From a virus (Duplodnaviria; Caudoviricetes), in IMG/VR virus record IMGVR_UViG_3300009149_008416, positions 1-55,095 of that record: a stretch of DNA of 55,095 bases; one strand, 5' to 3'. The translations under genes were made by a program, and so were the position numbers. The notes beneath the pieces are model-generated. The model was given only the letters and a program-made list of their open reading frames with translations, ran no database searches and was not told where the DNA came from. Shown one piece after another: positions 1 to 9,289 of this stretch. Position 1 is the stretch's first letter. Every line of letters starts with the position of its first letter.

Positions 1-429
1 AGGAGACATATACAAGCCCTGTCCTGCTTTGGTAGTTGAATCTTGTGCTGTTAATCTAAATATCTGTCCTACTACAATACTGTCACCAGTTGGAAGCGCA
101 GTACCGACAGCAGCACCTTGAGCCAACAATGCGGTCAACGCATCGGGTCCAGTCGCTGAGCCCGTTCCGCCTTGAGCAATTGAGAGAGGGGTTGTCATTC
201 CTTCTATTTGTATTGTATTAATTCCTGAATCAAAGATAGGCGTTCCATTAGAAACTGTTTGAGGTGTTGTTTGATCTAGTTTCAAACATACTGTTGTTAA
301 ATAATTAGAAGACACTCCTGAATCCTTTATGATAATCATTTTACCGCTTATTCTATCAATAGAAATAAGATTACCTTCTGTTATATTAGATTCAAGAACA
401 ATATCATTAACTGAGAATGAATTAGACAT
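1..429 (-). CDS. Tail fibre/structural-like protein, N-terminal part (runs off window start; not in ORF track)
   Basis: Open frame from ATG at 429 (AAAGGA upstream): MSNSFSVNDIV...LKLDQTTPQTVSNGTPIF...PLSIAQGGTGSATG. The LDQTTPQT and GGTG motifs are typical of phage fibre proteins. Confidence 0.6.
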   Translation of the reverse strand, partial: MSNSFSVNDIVLESNITEGNLISIDRISGKMIIIKDSGVSSNYLTTVCLKLDQTTPQTVSNGTPIFDSGINTIQIEGMTTPLSIAQGGTGSATGPDALTALLAQGAAVGTALPTGDSIVVGQIFRLTAQDSTTKAGQGLYMSP

Positions 430-576
430 AAAATTTATTTCCTTTTGTTTGTTTTAATATTCTTTTTTATTCATTATAATTCCTTTTGTTTGCATAAAAA
501 AATTTAGAGGAATTTTTGTGAAATGAAGAAATGTATAATATATATTGAACCAAAATTTCACCATAAGGAGGCTTAT

Positions 577-894
577 ATGAATCCTTGTCGAAGACGCCGT
601 GGAGTATTGAAAGCTCTTAAGGTTCTCAAAATATGGTCATCTCTAGGAATTCATGATTATCTAAAGGATTTTAAAGAAAAAAAGAAATATATAAGATCTA
701 TGGTAAACACAAGAAAGCCATGCTCTTGTTCTATGTGTGGAAATCCAAGAAGAAATAAATGGGAATCTAATGATTCTAGAATAACTAGACAAGAAAAACG
801 TGCAGAAATTTCATTTAAAGAGCAAATGCAAGAAACATTATCACAAGAAGAACAAGATTTAGATATATTTGCTTTAGCTGAAGGTGAAAAATAG
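577..894 (+). CDS. Small basic Cys-rich hypothetical protein
   Basis: AAGGAGG precedes ATG 577, a better start than 523. Contains RKPCSCSMCGNPRR. Confidence 0.7.
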   Translation: MNPCRRRRGVLKALKVLKIWSSLGIHDYLKDFKEKKKYIRSMVNTRKPCSCSMCGNPRRNKWESNDSRITRQEKRAEISFKEQMQETLSQEEQDLDIFALAEGEK

Positions 895-954
895 AAGGTC
901 TTTTAATTTTTTAGAAGAACTTTATTATAAATCTTTAGTAGAAAAGGCTTCATC

Positions 955-1686
955 ATGAATTGGTATAAAAATATCAAAGTTAGCGCCTCTGATCGTAGGG
1001 CTTTTCCAGTTCGTCATTATGTTGATAAATATAGAGACGGAACTGTCGATATTACATTTGATATGACCAGACCTGGTGGAACATTCCGTCTTATGACAAG
1101 AGAGCCAGTTTCTAATTCCTACCTTAATTTAGGTTCTTCTGGATCTATATTTATAAAATTAAAAGACGAAGGAAAATTAACTACTCCTTTGGCTAGACGT
1201 AGAAAAGAATCGCAAGAAAGAATTAATTCTCAAACCAATCAACCGCAAGAAACAGTAGAAGAAGAACCCCAACCACAACGAAAGCCTCCTGAACAACTTC
1301 AATTTAACTTTTCAAGCAAAAGATCAAAATTGTTACATAGAAAAGCTAGAGTTAACAGGATAAAAGGCGGAATGGGCGACAATGTAGAGGTTAAAGACGT
1401 TGATAAAGAAGAGTTAATTATGGGAATTAAAGTAGAGTTAGAACATATTGGAAAAGGAGTGAGCATTCCCAGTAATATTATCAGAGAATTTGTTGAAAAT
1501 CAAATTGATGAAAATAATAAAACTTTTAAAAATCAAAAGATTCTTGAAACATCTCAGGATATAGCCATAGATCATTTGTGCGAAATTGACGATTATTATA
1601 CGAGACTTGCAAAGATGGAAAAAGAAGCCAAGGAAAATAAGAATGAAAAAGAAATCAATTCCGATGTTAAGGATAATACTAAATGA
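955..1686 (+). CDS. MNWYK-leader protein with C-terminal DUF5661-like domain
   Basis: Starts MNWYKNIKVSA. C-terminal GIKVELEH...IAIDHLCEIDDYYTRLAKME resembles DUF5661. Confidence 0.6.
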   Translation: MNWYKNIKVSASDRRAFPVRHYVDKYRDGTVDITFDMTRPGGTFRLMTREPVSNSYLNLGSSGSIFIKLKDEGKLTTPLARRRKESQERINSQTNQPQETVEEEPQPQRKPPEQLQFNFSSKRSKLLHRKARVNRIKGGMGDNVEVKDVDKEELIMGIKVELEHIGKGVSIPSNIIREFVENQIDENNKTFKNQKILETSQDIAIDHLCEIDDYYTRLAKMEKEAKENKNEKEINSDVKDNTK

Positions 1687-2206
1687 ACAAACCCCCTGTA
1701 CTAATCCAACCGAAAATACCAAAGAATGGATAGAAAAAAATCAAACTATTCTCAGAACCTTTCTGGCCTACTGTTTTCATTTAAAAAATGCAGTAGGATT
1801 GGCCTCAAATCAAATAGCCTTCCGTGGCAATAGAATTATGGATAGATTTTTTGCTACAAAATCTTCTGGTCATTGGAAAATTATTATAAATCCAGAATTA
1901 AAAAGCATAAAGGGTGATAGCATTCGATGTGAAGAAGGATGTTTAACGTGGCCCAATAGAACAATTATTGCAGAGAGATATCCGTCTATTTTAGTCTCTT
2001 ATTGGAATCAAGATGGTTCTTTTATAGAAAACGAATTTCTAGATGATTATGAAGCCCAGGTTTGGCAACATGAAATTAATCATCTGGATGGAAAACAAGA
2101 AATACTTAAAGATCTGCCTATTAAAAAAGAAGAAAGGCTACCTGGCAGAAATGAACCGTGTTTTTGCGGTTCAGGCAAAAAATTTAAAAAATGCTGTGGT
2201 AAATAA
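1643..2206 (+). CDS. def: Peptide deformylase with C-terminal SEC-C zinc motif
   Basis: PDF motifs GLASNQI, EGCLT and HEINHLDG. Tail GRNEPCFCGSGKKFKKCCG is a SEC-C motif. AAGGA before ATG 1643. Confidence 0.9.
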   Translation: MKKKSIPMLRIILNEQTPCTNPTENTKEWIEKNQTILRTFLAYCFHLKNAVGLASNQIAFRGNRIMDRFFATKSSGHWKIIINPELKSIKGDSIRCEEGCLTWPNRTIIAERYPSILVSYWNQDGSFIENEFLDDYEAQVWQHEINHLDGKQEILKDLPIKKEERLPGRNEPCFCGSGKKFKKCCGK

Positions 2207-2229
2207 CAATTAATGGAGAGTATATTTTT

Positions 2230-3531
2230 ATGACTAAACACTACGTCCTCGATACCAACGTGTTGCTCTATGATCCTAATTCCATCACTATGTTTGAAGA
2301 CAATAAAATACATATTCCGATGGTTGTATTAGAAGAGTTAGATAAATTTAAAAAAGATCCCAACGAATTAGGAGTAAATGCTAGATAAACAATTAATTTT
2401 TTAGATTCGCTTAGATCTCGTGGAAAACTTTCAGAAGGGGTTCCATTAGATTCAGGAGGAACGCTTATTGTAAGTTCTTCAGATCAAAAAATTGATTCAT
2501 CTTTATCCACAGAATACCCGGACAATAAATTGCTTCAACTTTCTTCCTATTTAAAAACACTTAATCATGGCACAAGTGTTATTCTTATAACAAAAGATAT
2601 TAATCTGCGAGTTAAAGCAGACGCAATGGGAATTGATGCTCAAGATTATAAAAAGCCATCAGAAGGAAATGGAACCAATTATGATGGAGTTTTAGATTTG
2701 TATTTAGAATCAGAAATTATAAATAAAATACATTCTGATGAAAATGGATATAGTTTAACAGAAGATTATGGACTTGTTGAAAATCAATATATTATATTGC
2801 ATTCAAATAATAATGATCAACACAAGGGAATAGGTGTTTATAGAAAAGGAAAAATTTATGCAATAAAATCAAAATTAAAAGCTGTTAATATAGTGCCTAA
2901 AAATGTTAAACAATCATTTGCTCTTGATGCATTATTAAATCCTGACATAAAAGTTGTTACACTTTCCGGTATAAGTGGAACAGGAAAGACACTATTATGT
3001 ACATCTTCAGCAATTCAACAAACAATTATTGATGAAAATTATTATAGAATTACAATTACAAGACCAACGATTTCAGTTGGAAAAGAACTGGGGTTTTTGC
3101 CTGGTGATTTGGAAGAAAAAATGGACCCATGGATAAAACCGATCTACGATTCAATTGATTTAATTAGAGACACAGATATGAAAAGTGGAAAAAGTAAAAT
3201 AAATACTGCAATAAAATTAGAAGACTATATACATATAGCTCCATTATGTTATATAAGAGGCCGCAGTCTTATAAATAGTTTTATGATCATAGACGAAAGT
3301 CAAAATCTTTCTCCATTGGAAATAAAAACTATTGTTACTAGAGTTGGACAAGGAACAAAAATAGTATTTACTGGCGATATTTTTCAGATAGATAATCCAT
3401 ATTTGAATAAGCATTCAAATGGTCTTTCTCAATTGATAAAAAAATTTAAAGGACAGAATTTTTATGCTCACGTCACTCTTACAGATGGTGAAAGAAGCGA
3501 TGTGGCAGAAGCAGCAGCAACACTTCTGTAA
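2230..3531 (+). CDS. phoH: PIN-PhoH (PhoH2/YlaK-type) protein interrupted by in-frame TAA at 2386-2388
   Basis: ATG 2230 gives MTKHYVLDTNVLLYDP...VLEELDKFKK...NAR*TINFLD, in frame with the 2530 ORF (ITKDINLRVKA, GISGTGKT, GFLPGDLEEK, IRGRS, IIDESQN, GDIFQID). Confidence 0.9.
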
Positions 3532-3536
3532 TAATT

Positions 3537-5837
3537 TTAGGGAAGAGGGAGGCTTGACCTCCCCTTCTCTTGTAATTCTTTTTTAAATTTTTCTTGAATT
3601 TCTTTGTCATAAAGATTATAAACTGGAATTCCAATAGACTGTGCTAATCTAATTGCTTGTCCGGTCCCACCACTTGCTTTACCGTCTTTTGTATAACACA
3701 CTACGAATTGAGAAGGAGTATCTTGGGAATCCTTACCTATGATTTGTGCAGAATTTCTAATCATCAATCTTTTAACAGCGTATTTAAAATATTGAAAGTT
3801 AGGATGATGTTTTTCAGCAAGTTTTAGATGTATCTTTTTATATTTCCAATTTTCACCATCATAGATAGATTTATTATCTTGAAAATTTGGCCATGGCAGG
3901 AATATTTCTTTCTGATCCCCAGCACCTTTTTCAAAGGCCGAATCGGCCCCTTCTGCTCCTCCAGACCGTAGTACATATCCTTTTACCTTAAAGTGTTCAG
4001 CTATTTTTGTCATTAAATCCTGAATGTCATCAGGCGTACTTCTAGAACCTATGCCGGCATAGTATTTTGTGTTTTCCATAATTTCTTTAAGCTCCTCAGT
4101 GTTTAGATTCTTTTGAGCAGTATTTTCTTTTATTGGTTCTGGAGTGTAGGTCGATTCTTTTACTTTTGATATAATAATAGCCCATTTTTTGTCGTCTTTA
4201 AAATTTTCACCTATTTCAAATAATATATCAATTGTTTTATCTTGTAGTTTTTCTTTGGCGTTTGATTCATAGATAAAACAATCAAAATCAAGTCCATCAA
4301 AAGCAACAAAAGCTCCAGAGCCGCTTCCCCATTCATTTATACTTTTACATTTTATGTTATTTGTTCTGAATAATATTTTTTTGTTTTCCTGTCCAAATGG
4401 ACCGAATTTCTGTATTTTATCACAGAAGTCATCGTTAATTGTTTTAAACGTATTTGTTTTTAGTAGTATATCATATTCGATTGGTTCTTCTTTTATATTA
4501 TTTTGTTCTTTATATTCCACAATTGCTTTATTAAATATATTATGAGCTTCTTTGGCATATTCTTCTTTGAGAGTAGCGCCTGCTGCCATTTCATGTCCAC
4601 CGTAAGTTTCAAAAATATAAGAAACTTTATCCATAACTTCTTTTATATTAATTCCTTTTACGGAACGTGCAGAGCCTTTTATTTTATTATCGTGATTCCC
4701 AAATACGAGTGATGGAACACTGTATTTGTCAGTTAATTTACTTGCAACAATTCCGACTATTCCTATTTCCCATTTATCATTATAAATAAGTATGCTTTGT
4801 TTTTGTAGATTATCTCCTATTTCTTTAGTTGCATATTCAACCATTTTTTTTTGTAATTTTTTTCTATTTTCGTTAAGTGCGTCCATTTCAAGGGCTAAAC
4901 CAAATGCCTCATCTTCATTTTTTTCATTTAATAGATTGATTACTTTTTTAGCATGTTCTATTCTTCCATTAGCATTGATTCTTGGACCGAGTTTAAATGA
5001 AACATCCTCAACAGAACAATTTTCTGGATCTACTCCACTCACTCTCATAAGTTCAATTAATCCATGATTTTTTACTGCATTCATTTGTTTTAATCCATTC
5101 GCTACAATTATTCTATTGTCTCCATAAAGAGGAGAAACATCAGCAATAGTTGTGATAGCTGCGTATGGCAATAATTTGTCTGGATTAAATTTTAACTTAC
5201 CATCAAGCTTTTTAGCTATTTGATATATGAGTCCTCCAGTACTATATGGTGGAACATTCTCTGCGAGTCTATTATTAATTATTACATCTGCATTGCTTGC
5301 GAAATTTTCTTCATCAACAATATGATGGTCTATAACAACAACATATGGATTGTTGTGTTTTTCTTTTAGAATTGCAATTTCTTCTTTGGAATTGGTTCCA
5401 CAATCTAAAAAAACAACCATTCCCACAGGCTTGCTTTCAATCACATCAAGAAAATTCCAAATAGATTTTTTATTTAATCCATAACCGTCTGTTTTTCTGT
5501 GTGAAATGTAAAAATTAACATCTTTACATCCTCCGCTGTATAATATGTTCTTGAGCATAAAAGATGAGAATGTGCCATCCACGTCATAATCTCCGAATAT
5601 ATAAACAGTTTCTGGTGGATTAGTGAAAATATCAACAATTTCATTAATATTAGGAATTATGTCGGGATATTGAAGGTCATTTAAATTATTATTTATAAAA
5701 GAGTTAAAATCATGAATATTTTTTATTCCATAATCTCTTACCGAGGCTATAGTACATGTAAGATTATCTTTGATTGTAGTAGAAAGATTTTTAAATAAAG
5801 ATGTATTTAATGTTTTTTGTTTCCAGATGTATGTCAT
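3537..5837 (-). CDS. recJ: ssDNA exonuclease RecJ fused to a C-terminal SLOG/DprA-like domain
   Basis: DHH-family motifs GDYDVDG, DCG, IDHH, TIADV, GPRINANGR, GSARS, GGHEMAAG. C-terminal YAGIGSRSTP...LRSGGAEGADSAFE...SGGTGQAIRLA. AAGGAG before ATG 5837. Confidence 0.9.
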   Translation of the reverse strand: MTYIWKQKTLNTSLFKNLSTTIKDNLTCTIASVRDYGIKNIHDFNSFINNNLNDLQYPDIIPNINEIVDIFTNPPETVYIFGDYDVDGTFSSFMLKNILYSGGCKDVNFYISHRKTDGYGLNKKSIWNFLDVIESKPVGMVVFLDCGTNSKEEIAILKEKHNNPYVVVIDHHIVDEENFASNADVIINNRLAENVPPYSTGGLIYQIAKKLDGKLKFNPDKLLPYAAITTIADVSPLYGDNRIIVANGLKQMNAVKNHGLIELMRVSGVDPENCSVEDVSFKLGPRINANGRIEHAKKVINLLNEKNEDEAFGLALEMDALNENRKKLQKKMVEYATKEIGDNLQKQSILIYNDKWEIGIVGIVASKLTDKYSVPSLVFGNHDNKIKGSARSVKGINIKEVMDKVSYIFETYGGHEMAAGATLKEEYAKEAHNIFNKAIVEYKEQNNIKEEPIEYDILLKTNTFKTINDDFCDKIQKFGPFGQENKKILFRTNNIKCKSINEWGSGSGAFVAFDGLDFDCFIYESNAKEKLQDKTIDILFEIGENFKDDKKWAIIISKVKESTYTPEPIKENTAQKNLNTEELKEIMENTKYYAGIGSRSTPDDIQDLMTKIAEHFKVKGYVLRSGGAEGADSAFEKGAGDQKEIFLPWPNFQDNKSIYDGENWKYKKIHLKLAEKHHPNFQYFKYAVKRLMIRNSAQIIGKDSQDTPSQFVVCYTKDGKASGGTGQAIRLAQSIGIPVYNLYDKEIQEKFKKELQEKGRSSLPLP

Positions 5838-5862
5838 TGTATTTGCTCCTTTGTTACAGTTC

Positions 5863-5869
5863 ATTATAC
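5863..5869 (-). promoter_or_regulatory. Representative GTATAAT (-10 box) promoter, upstream of recJ
   Basis: GTATAAT also occurs, oriented to the downstream gene, at 533-539(+), 8746-8752(-), 11032-11038(-), 11624-11630(-) and 43513-43519(+). Confidence 0.6.
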
Positions 5870-5890
5870 AAAGTTAGGAGAACGAGTTAG

Positions 5891-6946
5891 ATGGAAAATG
5901 ATTATTATAAAATACTTGGTGTTGAAAAAGATGCTAATGATAGCGATATTAAAAAAGCATATAGAAAATTAGCAAAACAATATCATCCTGATAAAAATCC
6001 AAACGATAGTAATGCGGAAGAAAATTTTAAAAAAGTCACAGAAGCATATAATGTTCTTTCAGACAATAAAAAAAGATCACAATATGATCGTTTTGGAACC
6101 GTGGAAAATAATATTCCATTTGGAAATGAAGAAATGCGTTGGAATCATTTTAATTTTGGTAGATTTAATAACAGATCTCCATTTGGTTTTAATGAAACTG
6201 CTGACAATGCAGTTGCTGAAGTATCAATAACAATTAGAGAAGCATTTGATGGGTGTAAAAAGACTATTAAATTTAAAGTATTAGAGAAATGTGATGAATG
6301 TGATGGAAAAGGACATGATAAAGATGGTAGAACAGAAAAATGCAATGTATGTGATGGATCTGGAGAAGTTGGATTTGCGAATATGGGTTCAACAATACTA
6401 ACAAGAACTTGTTCTTATTGTGGTGGAAGAGGAGAAAAAATTATTAGTCCTTGTAGTAAATGTAAAACAAATGGAGTTTTGCAATCAATAAAAAGCATTG
6501 ATATAGAAATTCCAAAAGGAGCAATGTCTGGTAATGTTATGAAAATAGGTGGCATAGGACATTATATTCCAAAAATAGATAAATATGGGGCCGTCGCTGT
6601 TGTTATTAATGTGGAGAATTCTGAATTTTTTGTAGCAAAAGGTCCAGATCTTTATTGCGCGGTTCCATTAACAGTTAAAGAAGCTGTTTTTGGCGGTGAA
6701 AGAGAAATATTTACTTTACATGGAAAAATTAGTGTAAAAATTCCAAAACAGACAAAGAATAAATCTGTGCTTAGAATTAGAAATAAGGGTCTAAGAAAAG
6801 GCGTAAATAGAGAAAATGATTTTGGAGATATGTATTTGAATTTCTTTATTGATATACCTGATGTTGAAGATTTAAGATCGGATCAAATTAATGAAGATGG
6901 GTTTTTATATAAAGTTGTGGATAAATTTAAAGAATCAACAATATAA
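5891..6946 (+). CDS. dnaJ: Chaperone DnaJ
   Basis: J domain (DYYKILGV...YHPDKN), G/F region, four CxxC zinc repeats, C-terminal substrate-binding domain. Confidence 0.95.
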   Translation: MENDYYKILGVEKDANDSDIKKAYRKLAKQYHPDKNPNDSNAEENFKKVTEAYNVLSDNKKRSQYDRFGTVENNIPFGNEEMRWNHFNFGRFNNRSPFGFNETADNAVAEVSITIREAFDGCKKTIKFKVLEKCDECDGKGHDKDGRTEKCNVCDGSGEVGFANMGSTILTRTCSYCGGRGEKIISPCSKCKTNGVLQSIKSIDIEIPKGAMSGNVMKIGGIGHYIPKIDKYGAVAVVINVENSEFFVAKGPDLYCAVPLTVKEAVFGGEREIFTLHGKISVKIPKQTKNKSVLRIRNKGLRKGVNRENDFGDMYLNFFIDIPDVEDLRSDQINEDGFLYKVVDKFKESTI

Positions 6947-6975
6947 AAAAGGCCCGCATAAAGCGGGCCTCTTTT
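6945..6975. terminator. Bidirectional intrinsic terminator between convergent dnaJ and hsp20
   Basis: AAAAA-AGGCCCGC-ATAAA-GCGGGCCT-CTTTT: 8-bp GC-rich stem flanked by A and T runs. Confidence 0.85.
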
Positions 6976-6987
6976 AAGTTTGAAAAA

Positions 6988-7443
6988 TTATTCAAAACAA
7001 ACTTTTACAGAAGTATTTTTTTCTGGTTCTTCTATTTTTTCATTAATAATTTTTGGAAGACTAACTTTTAAAACACCGTTTTTATATTTTGCAGTAAGCT
7101 TGTCCACATCTTGTTCTACATCGTTAGATAAACGAACAGTTCTGCTATAACTTCCTGAACTGATTTCGCTATAATATATTTTTCCGTCTTCTTTTTCTTC
7201 TTTATGTTCTTCTTTTTTAGCCTCAATAGTGAGATATCCATTATTAATAGTAACATTCAGATTATCTTCAGTAATGCCTGGTAATTCTACTTCGACAATA
7301 TGTTCTGTATTCGTTTCTGAAATTTGTACTTTTGGAACTAAACCATCAAAATTGGATAATTCTTTTGATGGCCAATTCCAAAAATTGTCAAAAAATGGAT
7401 CGTATTTTTTTGGCCACACTGAGTTTCTTTTTACTAGATTCAT
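6988..7443 (-). CDS. hsp20: Small heat-shock protein Hsp20 (alpha-crystallin family)
   Basis: PKVQISET...VELPGI...LTIEA...SGSYSRTVRL...AKYKNGVLKVSLPK. Confidence 0.93.
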   Translation of the reverse strand: MNLVKRNSVWPKKYDPFFDNFWNWPSKELSNFDGLVPKVQISETNTEHIVEVELPGITEDNLNVTINNGYLTIEAKKEEHKEEKEDGKIYYSEISSGSYSRTVRLSNDVEQDVDKLTAKYKNGVLKVSLPKIINEKIEEPEKNTSVKVCFE

Positions 7444-7496
7444 GTTTTTTCCCTTTCAATTTAATGTTTAATGTTTAAACACGACTGACAACATTA

Positions 7497-7513
7497 AGCA
7501 AGTTTTGTGCCAA
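7497..7513 (-). promoter_or_regulatory. Sigma-54 (-24/-12) promoter for hsp20
   Basis: Minus strand reads TTGGCACAAAACTTGCT, matching TGGCAC-N5-TTGC (GG-N10-GC), about 55 nt upstream of the hsp20 ATG and correctly oriented. Confidence 0.8.
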
Positions 7514-7626
7514 CTTTTTTATGGCAACTTGCTTTTTTGTTCTGACGCCTATTGTGACATTATGTCTCACATTGTGTCAAAAGGATTTTTTCAGACGCGC
7601 ACCAATTATACATAAAAGGAGATGAA

Positions 7627-7908
7627 ATGTCTGAAAAAATTTATAGTCCTGTTTTAGATTACAAAATGATTATAGAAAATCTTTCTATTTTTAATTCTAT
7701 ATCTGGTTTTTATGAAGAATACAATAAGTTAAAATCAAAAACTCGTGGAAAATGTGAAGAATGTAAATTTTCTGAAAGAAATTCTTTTGCTCAATTTATT
7801 AGAAATAAAATAATAGAAGAAAACATGAAACATATATTTTCCAATTTAAATCCACGTACAATAATACGATATGGGGGGAAAATATATAGAGCTTCTGATT
7901 TCATTTAG
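7627..7908 (+). CDS. Hypothetical protein (CxxC)
   Basis: AAGGAG RBS; 93 aa ORF. Confidence 0.65.
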   Translation: MSEKIYSPVLDYKMIIENLSIFNSISGFYEEYNKLKSKTRGKCEECKFSERNSFAQFIRNKIIEENMKHIFSNLNPRTIIRYGGKIYRASDFI

Positions 7909-8326
7909 GAGGACTTAAAGATATTGAATATAAGCCTCTTCGGTCTAATATAACTGCACAATTTTTTTCTTTGCTTTTTGTAACAATCATAATACAGTCA
8001 TCTAAATGAAGAAGTCTTTTTTTATCCATCTCATCCTTTTCTTCCATTTCTTTTTTTAGTTGTGTTTTCCAGTAATCTGGTATTCTTCCTATATGGATTA
8101 TTTCTCCACCTATAATTTTTTGAAGTTCTTCTATGATAGTAAATAATTTTAATGAAGAATCTCTCGCATTTTTAGAATCATTTGAAATCATAGCATTTTT
8201 TATTTTGTTTGATTTTATAAGTTTAGTTACACAATTTTTTAATTCGTCTTCGACATCTTTTGCATTTAATCCAGAACACAAAATCTCACACTCAAATATA
8301 TAATCTGAACCAGGTTTATATTTCAT
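7901..8326 (-). CDS. Hypothetical protein
   Basis: 141 aa ORF closely downstream of 8335-8727. Confidence 0.7.
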   Translation of the reverse strand: MKYKPGSDYIFECEILCSGLNAKDVEDELKNCVTKLIKSNKIKNAMISNDSKNARDSSLKLFTIIEELQKIIGGEIIHIGRIPDYWKTQLKKEMEEKDEMDKKRLLHLDDCIMIVTKSKEKNCAVILDRRGLYSISLSPPK

Positions 8327-8334
8327 GATTTTCC

Positions 8335-8727
8335 TTACAATTTAGAATAATCTATTTCTTCATCAAGAACAGAAAGATCTTCTACTATACCAGGGATATC
8401 ATTTATAATAATTTCATTATTATCTACAGATATTTTTTTATTATCTTCTAAAACATCAAAAACTCTAGAATATGCGCTGCTATAATTTGAAAAATTTACT
8501 TCGAGAGGCTTATATTGATTTTGAATTGCAAATTTAACTATTTCCACAATATCTGGAGCATAATGTTTAAGTTCTTTTCTATATTGATGTTTTGCATGAT
8601 CTTCTTTTACTTTCATTATAAGCAATCTAAGAAGCACTGATAACGTATCCTTTTCAATGTCTTTGGGTAAGAACCCAAGATTATTTGGTTCTACCCAATT
8701 TATAAGTCCATCATTTTTTTGTGGCAT
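8335..8727 (-). CDS. Hypothetical protein
   Basis: GGAGGT RBS; GTATAAT box at 8746-8752. Confidence 0.75.
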   Translation of the reverse strand: MPQKNDGLINWVEPNNLGFLPKDIEKDTLSVLLRLLIMKVKEDHAKHQYRKELKHYAPDIVEIVKFAIQNQYKPLEVNFSNYSSAYSRVFDVLEDNKKISVDNNEIIINDIPGIVEDLSVLDEEIDYSKL

Positions 8728-8819
8728 AAATCACCTCCAACTTTTATTATACCTATTAACTAAAGGAAAAAATAGTTTTTAATTCAATATAAGAGTAAAC
8801 TCAAACTTAGGAATAAACC

Positions 8820-9278
8820 ATGGACATTGAGAAAGAAATAATATCTTTAGAAAATAAAAATCAACGCTTAGAAAATAAGTGTGAAAATATTTTCGATCAA
8901 TTAACTGAGTTGAGAACTGTCATCCAAGAAATATATAGTGACTCATCAAAGAGTGAACGATTTTTATGCCAGGAAATGCTTAAAATTTCAAAAAGATTGG
9001 AAGACATGGCAAAATCAATCAATTCTTCAAATACAACGCATCTTAATTTTTCTCCACATGTAAATCCTAAAATAACTCAATCTCCTACTATTATTTCAGA
9101 CAATTCAGAAAAAATTCCTTCTGTTGAAGATAGTAATAAAAAAGATTTTTTTAAATTTGATTTGAAAAAAATAGTGACCATAGGAGTATCTGCTATTGTT
9201 GGTTTTATTGTTATTGTAGGTCTTGTTTCTATGTTTGTTTTTAAGTTAATTGATATTTTTGGTTCACTGCTTAATTAG
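8820..9278 (+). CDS. Coiled-coil protein with C-terminal transmembrane helix
   Basis: Heptad-rich N-terminus; hydrophobic IVTIGVSAIVGFIVIVGLVSMFVF. Confidence 0.7.
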   Translation: MDIEKEIISLENKNQRLENKCENIFDQLTELRTVIQEIYSDSSKSERFLCQEMLKISKRLEDMAKSINSSNTTHLNFSPHVNPKITQSPTIISDNSEKIPSVEDSNKKDFFKFDLKKIVTIGVSAIVGFIVIVGLVSMFVFKLIDIFGSLLN

Positions 9279-9289
9279 AGGGATTTTCG

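Noticed and set aside
1643-7443. Bacterial chromosome or prophage flank (def, phoH, recJ, dnaJ, hsp20)
   Set aside because: These genes are interleaved with phage-type genes, share the same composition and promoter motifs, and lack bacterial operon context; no integrase or att site was seen.
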